Virus genome (UHGV): UHGV-0076425
Length of the DNA stretch: 15,862 bases
Direction: 5' to 3' (one strand)
Source: a virus
The position numbers and the translations under genes are program-made. The notes beneath the pieces were generated by a model. It had not been told where the DNA came from, ran no database searches, and saw only the letters and a list, made by a program, of their open reading frames with translations. Positions 1 to 6,961 of this stretch are shown piece after piece. The first letter of the stretch is position 1, and every line of letters starts with the position of its first letter.

Positions 1-49
1 TAAAGCGTGGTGTTGCCCTCCACGCAGTTAACATGACGGGTATTAAGGA

Positions 50-1363
50 TTAACTTACTGATTTTAATAAGCCTCTGGTGTCACTTTGGTGACTATGGGG
101 CATCATTGGGACATAATCTGTCAGCTTCTGATTCAGCATTGCGATCTGTTCTGCATTGCTGTCAGTCATCCATGCTCCGTATACATTGAATACCATCTGG
201 GCACTTGCATGGCCCATCTGGCTGGCAATGAAGCTTGGGTTTGCTCCGGCAGATAATGACCAGCACGCATAAGTGTGTCGTGACTGGTATGCCTTTCGAT
301 GCCTGATCCCTGCACGCTTAATGGCTGTTTCCCATGAGTCACCTACAGAATCGACTTTGTAGACAAAACCTACCTGTTCGCTTTTTCTAACCACTTGAGG
401 GTTAAACACGAAAGTACATTCATGGTTCACTGAACGTCCATATTCACGTAGTTGCACCTTGATGTTGTACTGCTTACCCAGTCTTGTCATTTCAGCCTGA
501 TTTTTCAGGACACTGATAGCGGGCTGGATAAGGTGCACAACCCTGTTTGTGCTTGCTTCAGTTTTCGGTAGAGTGAACTCACCAAGTTTCGTATAATTGC
601 GCCTGATGGTAATTGTTCCTGCCTTCAGATCGATATCTTCCCAGGCCAGGGAGACCAGTTCACCGTGACGCATTCCTGTGTACACAGCCAATGACCACAG
701 GTTTTTCGTCTGCTGATGTCGGCAAGCATCTATCAGGCGAATAAATTCGTCACGAGTTAGCGGATCTGGCTCTGCCCTGGCTCTTTTAAGAGGCTTAATT
801 CCCTGGAAGGGATTTGCTTCTAAGTAACCGTGATCTGCAGCAAACTGAAACATTCCAGCGATTGTCGTCATGTAATAATTTACAGTAACGACGCTCCGTC
901 CTTTTGCTGCTGCTTTGTTTTTCGTTGAATTCTGATACCCGGTTAGCAAATCTTTCCTGATATACAGCAATTCCTCTTTGGTTACCGATGACACCAGTCT
1001 ACTGCCTCCAATTTTCGAAACCATCGTTCTTGCAACGGATTCATAGCGATTGAATGCATTTGCAGAGATTTCCATTCGTTTCAGATCCAGCCACTTTTCT
1101 TCAAGTTCCTTCACCGTAATTTCTTTTTTACTTACCCCAAAAGCCTGAAGGTTGGGGGAGTCAGGGAACTGTGCAGCATAATCAAAGCTTCCTGTGCGGA
1201 TGGCAAAACATACTGATGTCCGCAGTTCCCCGGCGATCTTCCTGTTCTTGGCAGTGTCAGGGACACCAAGATTTTCCCTGACACGTTTACCTTTAAAATT
1301 AAACCAGATGCGTAATGTGCCGCCGTGGTTTTCGACGCCTGTTGGATATTTGACTTTATCCAT
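50..1363 (-). CDS. int: Tyrosine-type site-specific integrase (phage integrase family)
   Basis: 437 aa ORF with catalytic-domain motifs of tyrosine recombinases (TGMRHGEL...; HxxR region SRHTYACW; C-terminal Tyr region); GGAGG Shine-Dalgarno 7 nt upstream of the ATG at 1363; first gene next to the putative prophage end. Confidence 0.9.
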   Translation of the reverse strand: MDKVKYPTGVENHGGTLRIWFNFKGKRVRENLGVPDTAKNRKIAGELRTSVCFAIRTGSFDYAAQFPDSPNLQAFGVSKKEITVKELEEKWLDLKRMEISANAFNRYESVARTMVSKIGGSRLVSSVTKEELLYIRKDLLTGYQNSTKNKAAAKGRSVVTVNYYMTTIAGMFQFAADHGYLEANPFQGIKPLKRARAEPDPLTRDEFIRLIDACRHQQTKNLWSLAVYTGMRHGELVSLAWEDIDLKAGTITIRRNYTKLGEFTLPKTEASTNRVVHLIQPAISVLKNQAEMTRLGKQYNIKVQLREYGRSVNHECTFVFNPQVVRKSEQVGFVYKVDSVGDSWETAIKRAGIRHRKAYQSRHTYACWSLSAGANPSFIASQMGHASAQMVFNVYGAWMTDSNAEQIAMLNQKLTDYVPMMPHSHQSDTRGLLKSVS

Positions 1364-1418
1364 CGATACCTCCAGACGCCCAAGAGCGATACGAGCTTAC
1401 ATATTTCATGATATTAAA

Positions 1419-1655
1419 TCACCTGGGTTGTTTGTTTTTCATTGAGGCGACCCAGGCATCTATTGCTTTTCTGTTATACATACATTCACTGGAAGGCTTT
1501 GGATTACCGTCTGGTGATACGTGAATATACTCTCTTCCAACCATCCAGCATTCTTTCCGGGCCCGAAGAATTGTGCCTGGTTTGAGCCCGGTAATTGCGA
1601 TAAGAACGCTTTCACAAACCCATTCATTGGGAGCCAGTTGAATCACATTGCCCAT
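1419..1655 (-). CDS. xis: Excisionase-like protein (lambda Xis-like)
   Basis: 78 aa ORF immediately upstream of int on the same strand; contains a W..E..I and GREY segment resembling lambda Xis; GAGGT Shine-Dalgarno precedes the ATG. Confidence 0.65.
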   Translation of the reverse strand: MGNVIQLAPNEWVCESVLIAITGLKPGTILRARKECWMVGREYIHVSPDGNPKPSSECMYNRKAIDAWVASMKNKQPR

Positions 1656-1663
1656 GTATTACC

Positions 1664-1810
1664 TCACACAACACTCAGCCCACGGCAGTGGCAACACACT
1701 TCAAACATTCGCTTCACAACTTCACGACAGTAGAAGCCGTCAACATCTCGCGTCAGGTCATAGCGATTGCCGTAACGCTGGTGGACCCATCGTTCAAATG
1801 CTTTATTCAT
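1664..1810 (-). CDS. Hypothetical small protein (48 aa, Cys-rich C terminus CCHCRG)
   Basis: Not in the ORF track (under 60 aa). ATG at 1810 preceded by AGGAAG; TGA stop overlaps the Shine-Dalgarno of xis, suggesting translational coupling; fills an otherwise unexplained gap in a tightly packed operon. Confidence 0.4.
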   Translation of the reverse strand: MNKAFERWVHQRYGNRYDLTRDVDGFYCREVVKRMFEVCCHCRGLSVV

Positions 1811-1813
1811 TCT

Positions 1814-2056
1814 TTACTTCCTTTTTATGGCTCGTAATTTTTTCAGGTGCTTTTCCTGCTCAGTGTCCGCGAGAATTTTGCGGTACTCCTGGTGGTCAAT
1901 ATGTTCGAACAGGCAGTTTAACTCACCAATGCGTACCCGCCCGGATCGTCCGTCCATCCGTCGAAAGAACACTGAGTGCTCAGTGATGCGAGTAATCACC
2001 ACGGGGTATCCGGCTCTGTCCGTGTATATCTGACCGCGTTGAATCAAAGCGAACAT
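1814..2056 (-). CDS. Hypothetical phage protein (80 aa)
   Basis: The ORF track gives 1814..2092 from a TTG; the internal ATG at 2056 has a GGGGAT Shine-Dalgarno 6 nt upstream; packed head-to-tail with neighbours. Confidence 0.45.
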   Translation of the reverse strand: MFALIQRGQIYTDRAGYPVVITRITEHSVFFRRMDGRSGRVRIGELNCLFEHIDHQEYRKILADTEQEKHLKKLRAIKRK

Positions 2057-2140
2057 GTGGTTATCCCCATCGACAAATCGAGAACACAACAAACGCTGCT
2101 GCGAATACCACCCCCAGAGTTACGATTGCATCAGGCCAGC

Positions 2141-2899
2141 TCATTGATTCACCTCCTGCCTGTCGTCCGGCATTCGCTCACTACAGCTTATCCAACCATC
2201 CGGAGTTACCGGAGAGTTGCCCGATAGTGCATTCTGCTCCAGTGATGCTTTTACAAACCACGCTGCCTGAACTATAACGCCATGAATCCAGCGCAAATCA
2301 GCATCGCGATCTTTCTTTTTCATCTTTTCGCCACTTAAGGCCTTGCTTATGTGGCTGCGTACCAGGTCTTCATGTAATTCCTTCGCCTCCTCAATGGTGA
2401 AACCACCAGGCAGAAGAGCCGGAGTTACCGGAGAGCTGGTTGACGCTTCCGGGATTTCCCGAAAATTATTGGTTGACGAATTCTTGCTTTCCCGAAAGTT
2501 TCCGGACTGAAGCATGGCGGTGCGGCAGGCGTTCCATATTTCGGCAGCAATATCGCGCTCGCTATCGGTTAATTTGTACGTGGAAACATAGCCAGAGAGC
2601 ATTTCTACGTTTTCCGGAGTTGCTTCTTCCGGCACTACCGGCGCTGGCGGGGCGGCAAATAGATATCCGCCAAAGTCAGGAAGCTCTCCAATGGCCTGTA
2701 CGAACTTTTGTTTGCCTACGTCAACTCCTAATGGGTAATGAGCTATAATCTTTGCCACCGGCTCTGCTTCCAGCGATACCAGTGCAATTCGTGCCAGTTC
2801 TTCCGCTTCTTCTGCTGGCAGTACAACGTTGCTACCCGGTCCGTATGTTTCGCGCCACTGCTTGATTGTCAGCAGTCGCCCTTTGGTAATAGTGATCAT
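2141..2899 (-). CDS. Hypothetical phage protein with internal sequence duplication (SPVTP repeats); C-terminal WIS...P motif reminiscent of DUF551
   Basis: 252 aa ORF; start ATG overlaps the stop of the upstream gene (ATGA); contains a 17-bp exact direct repeat at 2200..2216 and 2419..2435. Confidence 0.6.
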   Translation of the reverse strand: MITITKGRLLTIKQWRETYGPGSNVVLPAEEAEELARIALVSLEAEPVAKIIAHYPLGVDVGKQKFVQAIGELPDFGGYLFAAPPAPVVPEEATPENVEMLSGYVSTYKLTDSERDIAAEIWNACRTAMLQSGNFRESKNSSTNNFREIPEASTSSPVTPALLPGGFTIEEAKELHEDLVRSHISKALSGEKMKKKDRDADLRWIHGVIVQAAWFVKASLEQNALSGNSPVTPDGWISCSERMPDDRQEVNQ

Positions 2900-3411
2900 G
2901 CCGCGTTTCCTTCTTTCTTATTAACAATCACACCGTCATATATTTCATTAAGGTGCCCTCTCAACTCCATGCGCCTTAATGCAGATAACATGTAATCGCA
3001 TTCAACCTGCTTATTCCCAGTAAATGGCTTATCGTCAGGATTACCCCAACAGCAATTACCCCTGGGCCATCCATGTACTTTCCGTACTCTTCCGTTAACA
3101 ACGTGAAGTAATCCCCAGCCGGGAGGTAAATCCTCAACTGAAATAATTTCCGGCTCACTAATAAAGAATCGCCAGTCGCCCATGCCAAGTGAGGGATTTT
3201 TACGGAAACGCTTTTTTCTATCTGCCAACAAGTCAGCACGAGAACACTTCGCCTCTATCAGGCATGATGCTGAATTTCTGAATCCCATAGCATCTGGCTG
3301 TTCTCCGGTACTGGTTACAGCAACAAAGCGGTCATAAAAGCAAACCTTGAACCCGTTGCGCTTAAGGAACTTGTACGCAATCTGACAGAGTTCGTGGTGT
3401 GTTAACGCCAT
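2896..3411 (-). CDS. Putative PD-(D/E)xK-type nuclease-like protein
   Basis: Track ORF 2896..3444; the ATG at 3411 is preferred because AAGGAGAG lies 6 nt upstream. Motif PD-x15-IEAK fits the PD-(D/E)xK catalytic signature; Cys/Trp-rich C-terminal segment. Confidence 0.5.
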   Translation of the reverse strand: MALTHHELCQIAYKFLKRNGFKVCFYDRFVAVTSTGEQPDAMGFRNSASCLIEAKCSRADLLADRKKRFRKNPSLGMGDWRFFISEPEIISVEDLPPGWGLLHVVNGRVRKVHGWPRGNCCWGNPDDKPFTGNKQVECDYMLSALRRMELRGHLNEIYDGVIVNKKEGNAA

Positions 3412-3412
3412 A

Positions 3413-3961
3413 TCACTCTCCTTTGATGCGAATGCCTGTTGCAATGCTGTTTATGATGCTGTCAGTGCATGGGGTAGAAAGCTGGGCATCTCCAGCAATT
3501 TTCATGACCTCAACATCTGCATATCGAATACCGAGGTGTATCAGACCGGCTATGCCTGACTTAAGCCGAGCATTTTCCATAAATAGAACTTTTGCCCGCT
3601 GTTTTTCTGCTTCAAGCTCAACACGCAGCTTCCCTACCGTTAGCGCAATATCCTCGTTCTCCTGGTCACGGCGTTTGATGTATTGCTGGTTTCTTTCCCG
3701 TTCATCCAGCAGTGCCAGCACGGTAGCCGGGTTAGCCTCTGCTATGAATTCAGCGTTTGCATAAGCCTGAGCATCTGATTCAATCAGGCAGTTAACATGA
3801 CATTCCGCAATCACGCCACCGGGTTCTCCTTTCCATTTTTGACAAACAAAAACTCCTGTTAAATTGCCGTGTTGGTTAACAGATGTATGCCCTACGATGT
3901 AGCTTCCTTTAGTTGCTTTCTCTGCCTTTTCACGCAGTACCTGATAGTTAATGTTGCTCAC
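3413..3961 (-). CDS. Ea22-like early-left phage protein (coiled-coil central region)
   Basis: 182 aa; GTG start at 3961 with a strong AAGGAGG Shine-Dalgarno 6 nt upstream; central charged heptad-like region (LLDERERNQQYIKRRDQENEDI...). Family assignment is from memory of ead/Ea22-like proteins. Confidence 0.5.
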   Translation of the reverse strand: MSNINYQVLREKAEKATKGSYIVGHTSVNQHGNLTGVFVCQKWKGEPGGVIAECHVNCLIESDAQAYANAEFIAEANPATVLALLDERERNQQYIKRRDQENEDIALTVGKLRVELEAEKQRAKVLFMENARLKSGIAGLIHLGIRYADVEVMKIAGDAQLSTPCTDSIINSIATGIRIKGE

Positions 3962-4197
3962 TGGTTGCCTCCTTTACGGATCTGCGCTGCGATGCACGAA
4001 AAAAAAGACTTTCGCGTATGACTGTTAAGAGCTGGCGCGAACGCCGCGTTAAGAACGGCGGCATCACAGCCGTCATCGATATAGAGCGCAATTTTTTTCT
4101 CCAGGCGTGCTTTGGCTTCCTGCAACTGCATATCCCGGCACGCACGCGGGATATACTCAGCAATTTGAGCGATAGATTTTTCGTTCTGTTTAAACAT
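3958..4197 (-). CDS. Hypothetical small phage protein (79 aa)
   Basis: ORF overlaps its neighbours by a few nt on both sides, consistent with an operon; no recognisable domain. Confidence 0.45.
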   Translation of the reverse strand: MFKQNEKSIAQIAEYIPRACRDMQLQEAKARLEKKIALYIDDGCDAAVLNAAFAPALNSHTRKSFFSCIAAQIRKGGNQ

Positions 4198-4393
4198 GCT
4201 TCACCTCGATAGGCTTGATGGTATCGATCAGCAGTCGGCGGCGAGTATTTTCTGCAAAGTGGCGGCGTCCGGTTTCTTTGTGGTAAAACTCGTTTTTTCC
4301 GACGACCCACATCCGCTTTGTCTGGTGCAGTTTTTTTACCTGCGGACCGTCTCGGGTGATAACAATTCCTGTATGAGTTTTTATCACGCTCAT
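4190..4393 (-). CDS. Hypothetical small basic phage protein (67 aa)
   Basis: ATGA overlap with the upstream gene stop; basic composition; no recognisable domain. Confidence 0.45.
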   Translation of the reverse strand: MSVIKTHTGIVITRDGPQVKKLHQTKRMWVVGKNEFYHKETGRRHFAENTRRRLLIDTIKPIEVKHV

Positions 4394-4752
4394 TTTTTAT
4401 TCTTCGGTGCTTTCGGCATTACTGCCCAGTGAGTGATATTGACGTTTTCAAGGTCCCCGACCTGAAATGTCCACTGCCATTCTCCGGTTTCTTTTTGTCC
4501 CCAGGTGTACCAGAGAGAACGCCAGCCAATCAGCCAGCCTTCTCCATTAGCATCAAATAACAGAACACTTTCATTTGCTGGCGGCAGTTCAGCTGACACT
4601 GGTATTACTTTGTTTTCCAGTGCTGTACATTTAGCTTCAAGCGCATCGAATTTACGTACCAGGTATTCAGCATCTGTTTCATTCACTTTCAGATCTCGCG
4701 GTACACATCTCCCACGAAGAAACCCTTCCATTTCGAAAACATTCATGCGCAT
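4390..4752 (-). CDS. Hypothetical phage protein, DUF551-like C terminus (THW..P.P)
   Basis: 120 aa ORF; the second in-frame ATG (4746) overlaps the stop of the HD gene (ATGA) and may be the true start; Trp-rich C-terminal motif. Confidence 0.55.
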   Translation of the reverse strand: MRMNVFEMEGFLRGRCVPRDLKVNETDAEYLVRKFDALEAKCTALENKVIPVSAELPPANESVLLFDANGEGWLIGWRSLWYTWGQKETGEWQWTFQVGDLENVNITHWAVMPKAPKNKK

Positions 4753-5279
4753 TTGCGTAACTCCGATAACTCGTTAAAACGTTCCATAAACATCCCGTAG
4801 GCATGGCCCGGTGCCTGTGGAATCACTTTGAACATCTCTGTTGCCGGGATACCTTCCAGTACAGGCCAGAAAGAGCCATCATCAAGCCCGAGATCGCGGC
4901 GTTCGGTTGCCAGCATAATGAGATCGGCATATTTCACTGGCGTGCTCATAACAGGAGGTAACCCGTATTTCTCACGGATTACGGCGTCTATTTTTTCTTC
5001 CATCCGTTTATAGTCAGGAAGAAGGCGTTTCAGTGGAGCAGGGATGTCCTGGCAATACGCTTCTGTTGCATCATGCATTAACGCTTCAAAAGCAAATTCC
5101 TGCGGTACCAGCTGGCTGCAAAGCACCGCATGTTGGGCGACGCTGTAGAAGTGCGAAAGATGACCGGCAAAGCGACAGATATTTGAAAGGGAAACCGCGA
5201 TATCGTTAATATCGATGTCGTCTTTATTTATCTTGTCATAATAAAAATGTTTCCCGGAAAAAGTCTTAATAAATGACAT
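4743..5279 (-). CDS. HD-domain metal-dependent phosphohydrolase
   Basis: Track ORF 4743..5348; the ATG at 5279 is preferred (GGAGAA Shine-Dalgarno 7 nt upstream). Motifs H..H (HLSHFYSVAQH) and HD (MHDATEAY) plus a downstream Asp match the HD superfamily metal-binding pattern. Confidence 0.7.
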   Translation of the reverse strand: MSFIKTFSGKHFYYDKINKDDIDINDIAVSLSNICRFAGHLSHFYSVAQHAVLCSQLVPQEFAFEALMHDATEAYCQDIPAPLKRLLPDYKRMEEKIDAVIREKYGLPPVMSTPVKYADLIMLATERRDLGLDDGSFWPVLEGIPATEMFKVIPQAPGHAYGMFMERFNELSELRKCA

Positions 5280-5321
5280 TTTGTTCTCCATGTTATATGC
5301 GCTGCACCGCTCTGAATTTTG

Positions 5322-5371
5322 ATTGCAGCAATCCAGCCCATTTGACATGGGATGATTGCTGCAATTTTTTT
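5322..5371. other. Perfect 12-bp inverted repeat (ATTGCAGCAATC / GATTGCTGCAAT) with nested 5-bp stem, followed on the plus strand by T7
   Basis: Read directly from the sequence in the 90-bp gap between the rdgC-like stop and the HD gene start; looks like a plus-strand intrinsic terminator, or an mRNA hairpin or protein-binding palindrome. Confidence 0.5.
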
Positions 5372-6287
5372 AAGTTGTTGGATTTTGGCTTTTATCTTCT
5401 TTGTAAGAAAGAAGGTCACACATCAAATTAACTACCTTGCTGAATTGGAAAAGGTCAGTGCCAGTCTGATGACGCCACTGGAATGCTTTATCATCTTCAT
5501 CATTAAATGTCTGAGATTGAGTATTGATGCGCGAAAAATGGAAATTTTCGGTAAGAATGAAGGTCACACCGCAACCGGATAACTCCATTTTATCAGCAGT
5601 GAAACTACTACTAAGGCTATCGGCCAGTTCGCTTTGAATTGACTCATGCTCAGCTGAGTAGCGAATAATTTCCTTTTGATCTGCGTAGCGTGATAGCTGA
5701 ATATAATTCCCGACAGTGAATCCTTCAAATGCATTGGCTGCACCATTGATGTAGTTCTTCAGGCGTGTAGTCAGTCCATTCTTGATATCACTGATGTTGA
5801 TTGTTTCTGTTTTTACTGAACCGACAACCTTAATCAGCATTGCGCATACCATACCGGCTATTATTTTATTGGTTGTGTTGATTACCAATAATTTCTCATC
5901 AGTGCTGTACAATACAAGAATCAGCGTAGACTTAACAAATGCCTGTTTGCATAGATCTACTCGTACGTTATCAATAATGGCCAGTCGTTCGGCACGCTTT
6001 AATTTATTCCCGGACATATTTTCGATTGTTTGGATTCGAGAATTAGCTTCTTTCATGACGACATGTCGGGGAATTATTTTCTGATCATGACGGATTACCA
6101 TTGCGTACCCACCAGATATCGGAGTTACCAGTTCACCAGTGACAGGATTCTCTACAAAAGAGGACCGTGAAAATTCTGTTTCCCCGATTTCAGAATAAGG
6201 GAGTTCGAGAAGATGCCCTTCAATAGCCTGTATACTAGGTAATGTTGCTCGGTACACAATTGCGTTACGAAATTTTGGTAATTTCAT
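5370..6287 (-). CDS. rdgC: RdgC-like recombination-associated protein
   Basis: Track ORF 5370..6443; start chosen at the ATG at 6287 (GAGGAAAA Shine-Dalgarno). This gives about 305 aa and an N terminus MKLPKFRNAIVYR that parallels E. coli RdgC (MLWFKNLMVYR); the longer ORF would run through the upstream terminator and hairpin. Confidence 0.7.
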   Translation of the reverse strand: MKLPKFRNAIVYRATLPSIQAIEGHLLELPYSEIGETEFSRSSFVENPVTGELVTPISGGYAMVIRHDQKIIPRHVVMKEANSRIQTIENMSGNKLKRAERLAIIDNVRVDLCKQAFVKSTLILVLYSTDEKLLVINTTNKIIAGMVCAMLIKVVGSVKTETINISDIKNGLTTRLKNYINGAANAFEGFTVGNYIQLSRYADQKEIIRYSAEHESIQSELADSLSSSFTADKMELSGCGVTFILTENFHFSRINTQSQTFNDEDDKAFQWRHQTGTDLFQFSKVVNLMCDLLSYKEDKSQNPTT

Positions 6288-6321
6288 TCTATTTTCCTCT
6301 GCACAAGATATTAGTTTCTCC

Positions 6322-6410
6322 ACAAAACAGAGAAGAACACCTGCGGTGGCAGCCGCCCGGATGGATTGGGTTATGAGCCCGTCGTCCGGTGATGCTCTTC
6401 TCTGTTTTGT
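6322..6410 (-). promoter_or_regulatory. Long-range perfect 15-bp inverted repeat (ACAAAACAGAGAAGA ... TCTTCTCTGTTTTGT, 59-nt spacer) immediately upstream of the rdgC ribosome-binding site
   Basis: Seen in the sequence; would form a large stem-loop in the leftward transcript between the leader terminator and the first early-left gene. Confidence 0.5.
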
Positions 6411-6457
6411 AAAAAGAGCGGTACCAGCCGGAAGCAAGGGCACAAACTGGTACCGCC
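6411..6457 (-). terminator. Intrinsic terminator within the leftward leader (tL-like)
   Basis: Minus-strand RNA: GCGGUACCAG, 20-nt loop, CUGGUACCGC, then UCUUUUU; 10-bp GC-rich perfect stem with a U-tract. Confidence 0.55.
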
Positions 6458-6878
6458 AAAGCAGTGGCTGTTGTGGTGACCGGTGCTGATCTCCGGCTTG
6501 CGGTTATTTCAGACTCTCACGGGCGTTTAATTGCCCCGCCGAACAGCTCTTTTCCGCAATAGCTGCAATGTCTTTCGCGCATCAGCCTGCGCATTCACCA
6601 CAACGCTGAGAGCACTTAGCCAGTTACGGCACCACACTTTGTCGCGGTTCCATAAATGCCCTCATCGTTGCACCCTGGTCTCTTCCAAGGTGTCAAACCG
6701 AACCGCCACGCTGGTTAGGCGTCTTATCAGCATCATCATTGCCTTGCACATTCCGGCTACCTGGTTTGTTTGCTCGAGCAAGGAGTGGATTGTCCCCTTT
6801 AACGTCACCAGACCGCTAACGACGCATGTGCCATACGCCGTGTTACAACCAAATTTTGTTTTAATCTTGCCTGTGTTA

Positions 6879-6905
6879 TGTTTCTTTTAGATACATTATG
6901 TATCT
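6879..6905. promoter_or_regulatory. Left operator: 17-bp palindrome AGATACATTATGTATCT overlapping a TGTAT-N7-GTACA site
   Basis: Dyad symmetry seen in the sequence; the half-sites match the two TGTAC-N7-GTACA sites in the cro-repressor intergenic region; sits in the spacer and -10 of the leftward promoter. Confidence 0.6.
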
Positions 6906-6912
6906 CATGGGT
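6885..6912 (-). promoter_or_regulatory. pL-like leftward early promoter
   Basis: Minus strand -35 TTGACA (6912..6907), 16-nt spacer, -10 CATAAT (6890..6885); immediately downstream of the repressor terminator, as pL is placed in lambda. Confidence 0.6.
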
Positions 6913-6916
6913 ACAT

Positions 6917-6937
6917 TGTCAAGTATAAAAAAACCTG
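6917..6937 (-). terminator. Intrinsic terminator of the repressor gene
   Basis: Minus-strand RNA: CCUGC-UUCG-GCAGG followed by U7, about 25 nt after the repressor stop codon. Confidence 0.7.
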
Positions 6938-6961
6938 CCGAAGCAGGTTCATAAATATTGA

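Noticed and set aside
1-49. attL core or tRNA 3' end at the left edge next to int
   Set aside because: Only 49 nt are available, with a small hairpin (GCGTGG...CCACGC at 5..25) but no recognisable tRNA feature; the attachment site cannot be called without the flanking host sequence.
1132-2227. Track ORFs 1132..1383(-), 1194..1445(+), 1521..1733(+), 1648..1986(+), 1827..2033(+), 1976..2227(+)
   Set aside because: They overlap, in other frames or on the opposite strand, the integrase, excisionase and small early-left genes; no start signals; odd composition. Treated as shadow ORFs.
2440-5746. Plus-strand track ORFs inside the early-left operon (2440..2748, 2738..2995, 3399..3764, 4018..4212, 4196..4432, 4505..4777, 4828..5013, 5352..5582) and minus-strand alternates (2976..3239, 3948..4310, 5228..5419, 5564..5746)
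   Set aside because: Antisense to or frame-shifted against the better-supported minus-strand genes, which carry Shine-Dalgarno sequences and overlapping stop/start junctions. None has a recognisable motif.
6652-6741. Search for an N-like antiterminator (arginine-rich motif protein) in the leftward leader
   Set aside because: Only tiny minus-strand ORFs of 13-36 aa were found, such as MCKAMMMLIRRL... (29 aa); none has an N-terminal arginine-rich motif or plausible translation signals. N may be absent or replaced by an RNA-based mechanism.
6531-6890. Plus-strand 119-aa ORF in the leftward leader region
   Set aside because: Low-complexity, Arg/Ser/Thr/Cys-rich translation with no Shine-Dalgarno; it lies antisense to the predicted leftward leader transcript and runs into the pL promoter and operator.
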